Source: Zygnema circumcarinatum SAG 698-1b (lineage: Eukaryota; Plantae; Zygnematophyceae). Taken from it: 64,000 nucleotides of DNA. The notes below the pieces were generated by a model. That model saw only the letters and a list, made by a program, of their open reading frames with translations. It was not told the origin of the DNA and searched no databases. Of the stretch, positions 53,481 through 64,000 are shown one piece after another. The stretch spans positions 1,426,001-1,490,000 of the forward strand of contig CM074815.1 of assembly GCA_037447605.1 (NCBI GenBank). Direction: 5' to 3'. Within the stretch, counting starts at the first letter, position 1. Each line of letters begins with the position of its first letter. A program made the position numbers and the translations under genes.

Positions 53481-55525
53481 AGAGCAAAAAGCTACGCAAA
53501 GGTACGCAAGCTACCCTCCCTAGAAGCAACCGCAAAGGTCGCCAATGTGCGGCACATCACATCGCGCGGAGGGAAAGAGGGAGGGAGCGGCGGATGGCCA
53601 CCGACACGGTCACCAACAACCAACCGCGGCTTCACGCCGAAGGAGCGGAGTAGCGCGGACGAAGGCAACGTTGAAGGGCGACGGAAATGCGCTGTCGATC
53701 AAAAGTAGCGAGGGTCGTTGGAGGAGGAGAGGAGGGCTTCCGAAGCCGTGCGCGCATCTCGAAGGAGCAGTGGGCGCACGCACGCACGCACGCACTGGCG
53801 AAGGAAGGCGAGGCGACCACAAATCTCAACAGCCATAGGAACGAACTCGTCGGCCGCGTCACGTCACGGCGGGCATACGCGCGGTCCTTGAGAGGGCCGC
53901 CTCGCCTTCACGGTGCGCGGGAGACGGGGCGGATCGGCCCACAACACAACCTCCCCAAACATGCGCCGAGCAACACCGCCCGTGAGGGAGGGAGGGAGGG
54001 AGGGCCGAATCAGGCCGAACTCCGCGCTCGCCACGAACAGACGGTCGAGGGCAATGCAGCAATCACATCGCGCACAACATGTTGAGCCAAAATGTATTCG
54101 CCGCCGACGAAGATGGACGCCGTGCACATCGATCGAATCACCACAAAGAGAACGAGGAAAACTCTACAATGGAGGGTGGGGAAGCCCGAGATGAAGTCGC
54201 GCTACAAGCTGCTACAAGCTTAAACTGGCTCGGGATCAAACGAAAGGTGGAAAATATCGGGGTAACAACCAACCAAGCCCCAGTTCCAAGACCAACACAA
54301 GACTGAAGCCTAGCACGCGCAACATCAAAAGGAAGAGTCGCAATAAGGGTAGAAGACTCAGCAGCAACAACCTCAGTCAAAGTGGGCTGGACACGCGTGA
54401 CAGACTCAAACCATGGGCATCACGCAATGCAATTTGGAACGGAAGAGCACCATCTTCAACATTTTCAACATGAGCAACAACAGACAAGCAACGGACGATC
54501 AGCCACAAGAAAACGCGAAGCCAAAATAGGAGCAACAAGAGCCCAAAGCGAAGCTTGCGTACGTGCAATCGGGCCCTCCGGCCGATCGAAAATACCAAGA
54601 CTCCCATTGTGAAGCCCTAAAAACCCCAATGTCTAAACCTGACCAATCGCAGTCTGCCACGTGACAAAGTATGCCTCCGTGGCACGCCCTGATTGGCCTG
54701 TACTTAGCCGGGGCAGCTTGAATGGAGGAGACCAGCAGCCCCGCTCCTCCAAGAAGGTGCTGCAGTCAGGCGCTGGTCTGCCAATGCGGGCGCGCTGGAC
54801 GGGAGGGGGGAGCAGCGGGGCTATGGAGGGCAGCAAGCGGGCGGAGGGCGACGAGGCGGAGCAGGAGGAGGAGGACAAGCCGCGCCCGCTCGCTGCAGAG
54901 GCGGACTGCAGCTTGCCGCCCGTGAAGAAGTAAGCAGCCAGGCATCATATTGATCTTCAGGCGGAATATTGCATTCTCTTGCGCATGAGGCGTGCTTGGT
55001 TGCGGGCATGGCTGTGACGGGCTGGTGACAGTCAAAGTTTTAGGGTTAGGTCACGCGAATCTGTAGGGACCTTAGGTCATGTATTTTACGAACTTAACTA
55101 AGAAATGATGGTTATACAGCTGTACTTTTTTCGATTTATGCAGAAGCTATTGATCTTATCATATTATGTAATATATTCATGAAGTAAGCCACTGACCGCA
55201 TTCATATCTGGATTCCAAACGTTAAACCGGATTGGAAGTTGAAGGCACGGACCAATGAACTTCCAAACTTTGGACACATGAGCTTCCAATCTTTGATCAT
55301 ATGAGCGTCCAAACTCTGGTCACACCTTTTAAGTCATACCGCCTTGTTAGACAAAGCTTTGGGTTTCAACACTGCTGTGTGGGAGGGAGGGGATGCTTTG
55401 TTCTCCTTTCGCTTCGGACAGATTGTGAAGCTGTCCTCCTGAATCGATGGACAGAATTGAAGACTGTGTTGCCATCCTGTTGAATTGTATAATGAATGTT
55501 TTTCCTTGTCGCAATACCTTTGCAG

Positions 55526-57546
55526 ATATGGATTCGGCCTAGGAAGGCCTTATGCTCCCAAAGGATGGACCTGGAAGATTGTTTCAGCTGCAGCCACAGT
55601 AGGCGGTTGGTGGGCCGATGTCTGCTATACGGAAATTGGCACAAGTGAGGATTTTCCAATGCTTTCCTCCTCTCCTTTTTCCATCTCCTCCTCTTCTCCA
55701 TTCAGTCTCCTTCTCTCCCTCGCCCTCTCCATTCCCTCTGTTCCCCTCTCGCGTCCTTTTTTTATCTTTGTCGCGACATCTTTCTCTACCCACTGCTCAC
55801 CCCTTCCCTCCGTAACTTAGAGGTTTCGAACTGCTGTAGGTGAAGAATTTCAGAGGCGGGAAGTGCGCATGATGAGCAGAAGTTTTGATTGCCAGCAAAG
55901 AGTTTTGAATTTCTTTCGCTTTTCCACTATTCCTTCATTGCTCTCCTCCCTTTTGTTTCTCCTGTTCCTCGTCCTCTCTGCTTCCCTCTATGCTTTTTTT
56001 CTTGTTTATTTAAATTGGAATTATTTTTTGGTCCATCAATTGAACTTGTTACGCGCGATGATTTTTGCGATTTTTTCCGAGCATCATATCTCGATTGTGA
56101 AAATGCGATTCTGTCACTTGCTGTTGAATTAACCCTGTCCACTTCAATGCGTGCTTTGCAAGTAATGTTTGTTTAGTCGAATTTGTGCGACACAACATCA
56201 AGTAAACTGGGCGGAAAGGCATGTACTGGGGTTATTTAGGCAATGTTTTCCGCAGGAGGAAGCCGTTGCGTGATTATTTAGCACGGAAGATGGGCATGAC
56301 TTTAAGCGAAAGCGAGCAATATGTGGAGATTAACTTCCCAAGAGTTCGAACGTGGCGAGGGCACAGTGAAGGAAAGAGGAAACAACCAGAGGAGGGGCGC
56401 AGAGCCAAAAGGCAGAGGATCGAGCTGTGTGAAGTGGGGCAATGCGAGGAAAGCAAGGAGACAGAGGGAAGCAATGGAGTCGGCTCACACGATGCTCAGG
56501 TTGAGTCTGACAATGCTCGCATGAGTGAGAGGTTAAAAACCGTGTTGCAAAGTCGTGGAGCGTGGAAGGGCTTAGAAGCTAATCAACGAGCTTTCAAGCC
56601 CTATTTGGAGCATTTATGGAGAAACGATCCCGATAAACTTAAGGTGGGTAGATTTGCTCGTCTCTGCCGTGTGTTGGGGAGGAAAGAATGGTTGAGAATG
56701 GTTGATTCGATTCAGATGTCTATGTGTGGACCACCCACAACCCCTCTCATCCAATTCCATCATGTGCGCTGACAGGTGTTCCAAGAACTCGTGATTTCTC
56801 AAATGAAAGAGCAGCAGGTAGAAGACCAAAAGGTGGTCGTTTTGCAGGTCTTGGTGACCATTCTTTCCGGTCCACCACTGCACCAGCTCACCGACAAGCA
56901 GAGTCTATGTGCTGCTATCTTCAACTCCATACCTTGGCAACAACACAAATCGTCGAAGGTGCAGGAGACTCTTGAAAGATGTACCTCCCACACCTCTGAG
57001 CCTCGACATAAGGAGCTCTCTCGTCTAGACTCTTTGCCGCATACTCCTTCCTGCCACGGCATCATCCCCATGGACCGTTCGTTTCCAACACCACCATCAC
57101 AATCTTCCATGGAGACTTCAAGAGATGGACCTGAGGAGATCAAGATCCTTGAGAACAAGGCTATCGAGAAATGTATTCAGCATGGCGGCAAGGCGAGGGA
57201 GAGGAAGGAGCTACTGCGCGAAATCCTGAATGAGCGCCAAGTTGAATTTGCAGAACTAGAGAGGCTCCGAGAAGCCAAGCGGATGGAAGTTATCGAGTTG
57301 GCACGAGAGCTGGCAGCTGCTTCAAATGCATCCATTCAAGTGGATATGGAGGTTGAGAATATTCAAAAGACTGCAAAGGAGTGCTGTGAGGCATGGAGGA
57401 GAAGTATGGAGAAGGCAAAAATCCTTGAAAGCAAGCGCTTGGATTTGGTGGGATTTGGTGAATGGGAGAAGGATTGTGAGGAAACTCTGGAAGCCTGCAG
57501 ACAGTATAGGTCGAAACTGGAGCAATTGAAGAATGATGCACAGTAG
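55526..57546 (+). CDS. Uncharacterised protein with MBD-like N-terminal motif and C-terminal coiled coil; start exon not located
   Basis: In-phase GT-AG exons 55526-55644, 56240-56643, 56776-57546; spliced PYAPKGWTWKIV...DVCYTEIGTSNVFRRRKPLRDYL; heptad-rich C-terminus. Confidence 0.65.
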
Positions 57547-60500
57547 TGGTGAAGGGTACTTTCACTTAAGAGCTGGGAAAGTTTTCAAAATGGATGCTAC
57601 TTTTCTGAAGGGTTGATCACTCAACAGGCACTTGAACATCACCATATTCAGTCATAGCAAATAACATTTGCTGACTTATTAGAAGAGAAATCCGGTGGAC
57701 TCCCTCAGTCCGCTGACGGCAGTAGATTCGGAGAAGCTACCTTTACTTGAGGGTTGGGTTTGGAGGCTTGGAGGGTTTGGAGGTTTTGAAGGGTTTGAAG
57801 GCCTCTTATCTCACCTACCCTTGGTGGCCTCTGCAAACCCCAATTGCCGCCATCGCAGTGCGATCATAGCAGCAGAGGGGAACCACGAAATTGTTGACCC
57901 TAAAGGAGTTTTGACAATTTCTTACCCTCTGACTCTATAAGGGGACGCACGTTGCTGGATGTTTCGCTAAGAAGAGATCTCAATGTTGCAGCAAAAATAT
58001 GTGAATGTCAATATGCTGAATCTGCAAGAGCTTTCAGTTGCGGGATCTCTTATTGTGTATTTGCCACCTCTCCTCACTGCATCCTTCACATACTCCAGCC
58101 AATTTTTGGCTGTGTACGAAAACAGAAAGGTCAGGCAGCAGAAATACGCCGCCTTCATCAGTTGGCAACTTTTAGGCAGATTGAAGACCCGTTTCAAAAC
58201 GGAGTCTTTGTGGCCGGATACTAGGCTGCTCTATAGTAGAAGTGCAAGTTTAATCAATTGTCATTTTAAGACCACATCAGGCTCTGGCAGTGGATCTGGG
58301 GAGGAGGAGGAGAATTGAGGAGTTCAGAAGAAGTAGGCATCAAGCTCCTGTCTGTTCTCTTTTATCGACAGTCTATGACTAGAAGAGCAGTTTTGCCTGC
58401 AACTGCCACCAGAAGGATGGCCGGCCTCATTCAGACATGCTGGAATCAGCGCAGCTTCTGGGACTGTCCGCAAAGGTTTTGTTGGAATTCGTCACGCTGA
58501 AAAATGTTATGATGGCAACACAAGCGTTGGGGAACTAGCGCATGAGTTAGGAGGTACTAGTCTGCCTACCTGCTCGCATCATGGGAAGCTGTCTCTTCGA
58601 TCTTCCTTAACCATTTTGACAAGGTTTACTTTAGCAATTAGCAAGTGCATCTGCCGCTGATGTTGACATCCTGTAGGCTTTTCGAGTTTTCGAGCATTGG
58701 TGCCATTATAGGACCTAATTTATGCTTTGACCTATTGCAGGTTGATGCAACGTATGATGTGCTGCTTTTGCAAAGTTTGGCAAAGAGAAGAGCAGGACAC
58801 GTAGATATCAGCGTGAAATTTGCAAATGCTCGGAAATGCCGACCAGCTCCCTCGCAGAGGCTACATGGGAACCGTTGAATCACCTCCGGCGACCGTAGCA
58901 ACTCCCATCTTCAATGGTCGAGCGGGACAGGGTGCTCGTTTCGGAGCTCTTGGAGCTTTGCTGGAGAGCTATCGCAGCTTAACTATTCGAGCACAAATGG
59001 ATCGGTACTAGGAGTTGGATTTGGAGTGTCACCTACAATTTCACCCCCTGAGGCAACAACAAGTATAGCGAGGTGAGTGAAGTACAGTTGGTTGGACTTC
59101 TCATGCTCCATTTTCAAATTTTCTGGAGCTGAATTTGCAGGAGATTTTAAAAATGGTGAAGTAATGCATGGTGGAGAAGTTGCCAGGTATGGATGTAACC
59201 TGTATGGATGTTGCGCCGACTCGATGATAGTCAGAGCTGTGTCTTTATGCTAACTCACAGCTAGTAGAAAAAGGGATTCAGATGAGTTGAATGGGCTGAA
59301 TACGGATAGCGTGGGGAAACTAGCAGAGCTGCAAGCACACCTTTGTGTATATTCCTTCCTAAAAGGTCCCTTTGTTGATTTTTCTTGGTTTATAATCTGT
59401 CCTGGATAGCCGTGAAAGTCGGATGTCGCTGGAAATTCGGGACGATATCGTGTTGTAGTGGGGTTAGAACACTCGAAGCCTCGAGGAAGGCGCCCGGAAT
59501 ATATACCTAGGTTTTGCCCATTGCATGATGGTGGAATTGAAACTGAAACTGAGACTATATGCGCTTTACCTCCGCAAAGGAAGGTTGTTGTGATCTCCGA
59601 GGCAACATGGATATCATCATCATCAATCTCATTCTTTATTTCCACCCTTCTCACACGAAGGCTGAGCTGTCTGTTCATTGTCTGCTGCAGGTAAGGCCTG
59701 CGTGATCAGTGATCACTGTTGGCGGTGTGGTGATTGAAGCTTTGGTGGGAAGCATTGTGGAGAGCTGGTTGACTGTTGGTATATTTCTCGTGTTAGCGAT
59801 CAACGCTCCCGCTGTCTCTGTAACCTGATTCACGTTTTCCCTCTCTCTGGATAACTTCATCCTATTTGAGGTGACTGCTTCTCCCCCTCCAAGGCATTTG
59901 GATATGTGACTTCCTTGGAGTTGTGGAGCCGTGCAACGTTAGGTGTGCAACGGACAGAACACAAGCAATGATTAGGAACGATGTCGTACATGCCTGTTTC
60001 TGCTTCTGTGCACCATGTTGCAATGTTCGTGTATATGTGTCTGCTGGTTGCTGTTCTTGCATCCTATCTGCATCTACGCTGTATAAGATAAAGCCTCTAC
60101 ACGCAGCATGCATAGCAATGAAACATGTGGATGCGGTAATGACAACAATACGTACTAAGAGTCCGCACCGACTACAATGCAGATGTGTTCACATAGTCGT
60201 TGTGGCGAATTGTTGTTGTTGCATGAACCATCCATGTACTCTTGCATCTAGCAACAAAAGGAATAACGCCACAGTGTGCGCCGTCGTGCGGCCCTTCGCA
60301 TCCACATAGCCGAGTGCCGCCGCGCCAGCATTGGCGCTTCCTTACGCCGTCTCGCGCCGTCTGGAAGCTCTGGAGGCTTCCACAGGTCGGTCCATTATGG
60401 TCGGAATCATTGGATTCAATGCTTGCCAACGGTTCCAACCATTGGCGCCAGATCTAGCCAAACATTGCCAATGGTGCCAAGTTGGAACCATCCAAGATTT

Positions 60501-60589
60501 TTGCTAATGTAATGTTACCTTTTTCGGAATTGGCGGGTCGTGTGATGCGTACACTCGAACAAATCATCATCATCACATCGTTTTTTTCG

Positions 60590-60820
60590 GTTGTCCTTTG
60601 GACCTTTGCCCCCAGTTCTTCGTGGTTCCCCTTGCTGACTTTGTCCATGCACATATGATGGCATCATCGCCATGCGCGAGATCAATGCGACATCCTCATC
60701 ATCATCATCGCGTAAAAAACCATTGGACATGCGCGCATAGAAATCGTTCGTTTCTTTTGTTCCTCGTGGTTCCCCACGCTGATTGTGTCCATGTACATTT
60801 GATGGCCTTGCCATCGTTAG
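60590..60820 (-). repeat. Two tandem copies of the 53.4-kb interspersed repeat
   Basis: Reverse complement matches 53365-53480. Confidence 0.75.
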
Positions 60821-61814
60821 TCAAACAAACATCTTTTTCTCTTATCGAACACGGAATTATACAAAAAGATTCACACGAGTCACATTGCGCAAGTATAAGA
60901 AGAAGTTTTCGAACAAGTCGCTACGAAAAGAAAAGTAGCAGTTTTAAAGAAGGTTAGGTGTGAACTTTGCGCGTTGTGTTGTGCTTCTTTGTAGTCTTAT
61001 GTCACGTGCCTTGTGTTCGTGTTCGTGTTCGTGTTTATGTTCATGTTGCAGCGCAGTGCAATACTCCGGAGTGATGCGCCATGTGGTGTTAGTAAGCCGT
61101 CATTTGAGTTATGCGAAGGTTTTTGAAAAAGAAGCACCTCATCTGGCGTGGTTGATCAAACGGAAACAGAAAAGCTTCCAGTATAACACCAACAGGTTCT
61201 GTAGAAGTGTTAGTTAAGTGCCAATGCCAAAATGTATTTTGTACAAAAAAAAAAATTGACCGACTCCCTCAATAGAGTCTGCTCGCAAGCTCGCGGCTCT
61301 GAGGAACAATGGTGACCGTTCCCTCTCTTCTAAGCCAAGCTCTGTCTGCTTAGGAGAGTACACTTCGTCGCATCGATGAACCCTACAGCCGCCTTGGCAG
61401 TCCCTGCAGTGCACCTCGCAGAGCCATAAGAGCAAAGCAATGAAAGGGCTCGCCCTCCTCCCGCGGTGTGGCCTCCCTCGCTCTCATAAACTCCAATTCC
61501 ATGGGGGAATGTGCCTGCTATCTCTGGTGCAGCAAAAATATGAGAATGCCTAAAGGCGGTATCGGCCCATACTTAATGGACAGTAACCCCTGGTGCTCAT
61601 AGATTGCCTGATCCGTCCATACATAGAGTCAGTCTCGCAGGACTGCCGGTGCTTTACTCGGCCAAGTAAGGTCACAGCAATCCTCCATGGCTGCCGGAAG
61701 AAAGGGGAAATAGAACCCACGGACTCAAGGTACTCAAGGACTCAATACTAACATTCCAGGTGCTTCAGAAGGTCTCCCTCTAGCGTTCCAGTCGTTGTAG
61801 CCTTCACTAAGAGA

Positions 61815-61870
61815 GACCGAGAGAGAGAGAGATAGAGAAAGAGAGAGAGCGAGAGAGAACGAGAGAGAGC
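61815..61870. repeat. Interrupted (GA)n microsatellite
   Basis: Direct reading. Confidence 0.9.
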
Positions 61871-61984
61871 AGGTTCAATAGTTCCCGCAATGTGCAGTCT
61901 GCCCCGCGCTCCGCTAGTTCGATATATAGCAGGTGAGGAAAGCTCCCCACCATCTTCAGCACACCTTATTGGTCTCCTTCTGTT

Positions 61985-64000
61985 ACCTTGCAGCTGACAT
62001 GCTGCTGCATGCGCCCCCACAACAGTGAAAGGAATCATTTCCTGACCTAAAAAAAGTAGGTTTTCTACGCTAGGTTACTCACGCTTCGACCGCTTTATAC
62101 TCTCTGATCAGGAAATTCCAAGGCCCGACCACAATCAATGTGGGGCGAACAAGTACAATGCCCATTACAACCAGCAACCCTCCCCCTCGCATGTCATGCA
62201 TGCAATACGGAAGGTGGCAGAAGAGTGAGGCGATCACTCCTTACCGTGTCAAAACTCCTGCAGGCAAAACTCCGGGTGCTCTGGGCGGTAAAGGAGCTCC
62301 GGAAGGACTACTGGTAGCCCCTGGTGGAGGCAACTGCTGGGGAGAGTCTGAGCCAATCATTTCTGCCACTTCTTGCAGTCCCTGTATCAGCTGCAAGTGG
62401 ACACGCCCGAACAGTTTTCAATACGTTAGTTCTTTGCATTAGTCGCCCGGAACTATCGAGTCTGCTTCGAACTCATTATTTGACCAGTCGGGCAGCTCAA
62501 GTTGCGGCTACAATTCAATCAACTTGGCCTGCTTTGTTTATTATTCAATGTGAGGTGGTTGGAAAATGTCAGTTGAGCGAATCCGTTCAATAGGGGCATC
62601 AAATGACATACTTTAAGCCCCTGAGGTGCTGAATTCGATGGAAAAGAAAGAGATCGGGCAGCCGTTCCTCTTGAGTAGGCATGCAATCCCTGCAGCCCAT
62701 AGATGCTAAGCAGGAAATTAGGAGGAGAAAGGACATGCATCGAAGATTCCACGCATTAATCGGAGGAACACCGTGACAAACGAAAAACTGCAATAACGTA
62801 ACTTTCCAACACAGGACTCATCTCTCCAGAATAATTTGAAAGGAAGTAGGGTCATACCACCGACCTGAATAAGTTCTGTATGCTGTTGATGCCCACCTTG
62901 TGCTTCAATAGCAAACCGGCAGAGCAACATGATGCCATGATTTGCGATATGCTGCACATGCATTTCCAGTAAAGTAATGGTCAAGGCACATTGCCAATAC
63001 TGTTCAGTTCAGCACCCGCACCTCAATGCTGTTGCTACTTCCCACTGCCAGCAACCCCTGCAGCCTGCTGTCTGAAAAAGGAAGGGAACCAAGATTTCAA
63101 ACCCTTCCTAGGTCTATATTGCAGCTCAAGCCGAGTGACTTCGAAAGGTCCACAGCGTCGGGCACGGTACAAACAACACTTCGGATGCATCGTCGGTCAG
63201 AAAATCTGGGGGTGACTAGACCGAAGAGCGCGTGTGCAGAGGAATTAATACCGTTCCTAACCAAGTGACCTTATGCGTTTTCTGGTGCTTTCACCCTTTG
63301 AGTCCGCTGGATAGATATGGCAAGAAAACAGTTCACTACCTGCTGGTTTCCAATCGTCTCCAGCTGATCCTTCTGCAACCACCAGGACAACGACAAAACC
63401 TTAGAATATTCATAATTCCGAGTTAATAAAGCCAATACATGCTGCTCTAGTGCCTGACCGGGAGCTGCAATACAACTAACATACATGGACAGGAGATATC
63501 ACATAAAAGGACCTACAATACCTCTCTACAGCTTAATGCCAAACGTCCAAAGGCAAAGCAGCTGAAAACGATCGTGAAGTCAGCAGAGAAGGTTTTCTAA
63601 CTCCACATAATGTGCAGACAAAACCTGAGCCGAAAGCTGACAAAAACATGTCCTAACTATCAAGGGTGGCTTACGATAGGCCTCCAAGGCACAGGTTCAA
63701 AAAGGAAGGTGTGCTTGTAATGGATATAAGGCGTCTAAGATACCCACCACATTCCCAATATCCTGCTGCACTGAATTCACATCTAGGCACAGTCGACCAA
63801 CGTTGTTCCTTGTTTCCACAATCTGCACACCAACCACCAAAAAGTGAGTAATCAAACACATCCTTAAACATAATCTGGAGAAGTAGGTTAGTCAACCCTC
63901 TCGATTTCCTTACGAAAGTACAAAACCATATCCTTCAGCGTTGCTGCTAAGCCGAAACTGGAATGTTTTAATTGTTGATTGGTTCGGATATGAAAAACAG
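61985..64000 (-). CDS. DUF1664-like coiled-coil protein, 3' exons; 5' end outside the window
   Basis: GT-AG exons IVETRNNVGRLCLDVNSVQQDIGNV, KDQLETIGNQQ, HIANHGIMLLCRFA, SAPQGLK|LIQGLQEVAEMI; family assignment from recalled plant DUF1664 motifs, no search run. Confidence 0.6.

Noticed and set aside
54380-55050. Solo LTR (TGTGAAG...GGTGACA) and a telomere-like TTTTAGGGTTAGG
   Set aside because: No matching TSD, PBS or PPT; only one or two telomere-like units.
57560-59900. Additional gene (ORFs 57983-58318 plus, 59250-59678 minus; splice-like sites)
   Set aside because: No recognisable motif or coherent exon chain.

Overview
Eukaryotic, intron-rich green-lineage DNA (inferred from plant-type genes; possibly a streptophyte alga). 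Bases 1-31.8 kb are a nest of LTR retrotransposons: four Ty3/gypsy chromovirus-type copies from three families, one Ty1/copia element and a remnant of a second copia family, most with readable PBS, PPT and 5-bp TSDs. Much of 5-31 kb is error-rich and contains two N gaps and a probable false duplication. Inside one gypsy sits a tandem three-LTR TRIM whose ~130-bp LTRs carry tRNA-like Pol III A/B boxes. The gypsy families share a candidate -1 frameshift signal and a terminal LTR hairpin. Bases 31.8-35 kb hold a (TG)n tract, an array of AGGCCT-centred hairpins, direct repeats and a 1.7-kb quasi-palindrome. Bases 35.4-64 kb are gene-dense: an SDR, an ATXR7/SET1-like methyltransferase, COX6B, an MBD-like coiled-coil protein and a DUF1664-like gene. 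All calls come from manual reading; no searches were run.
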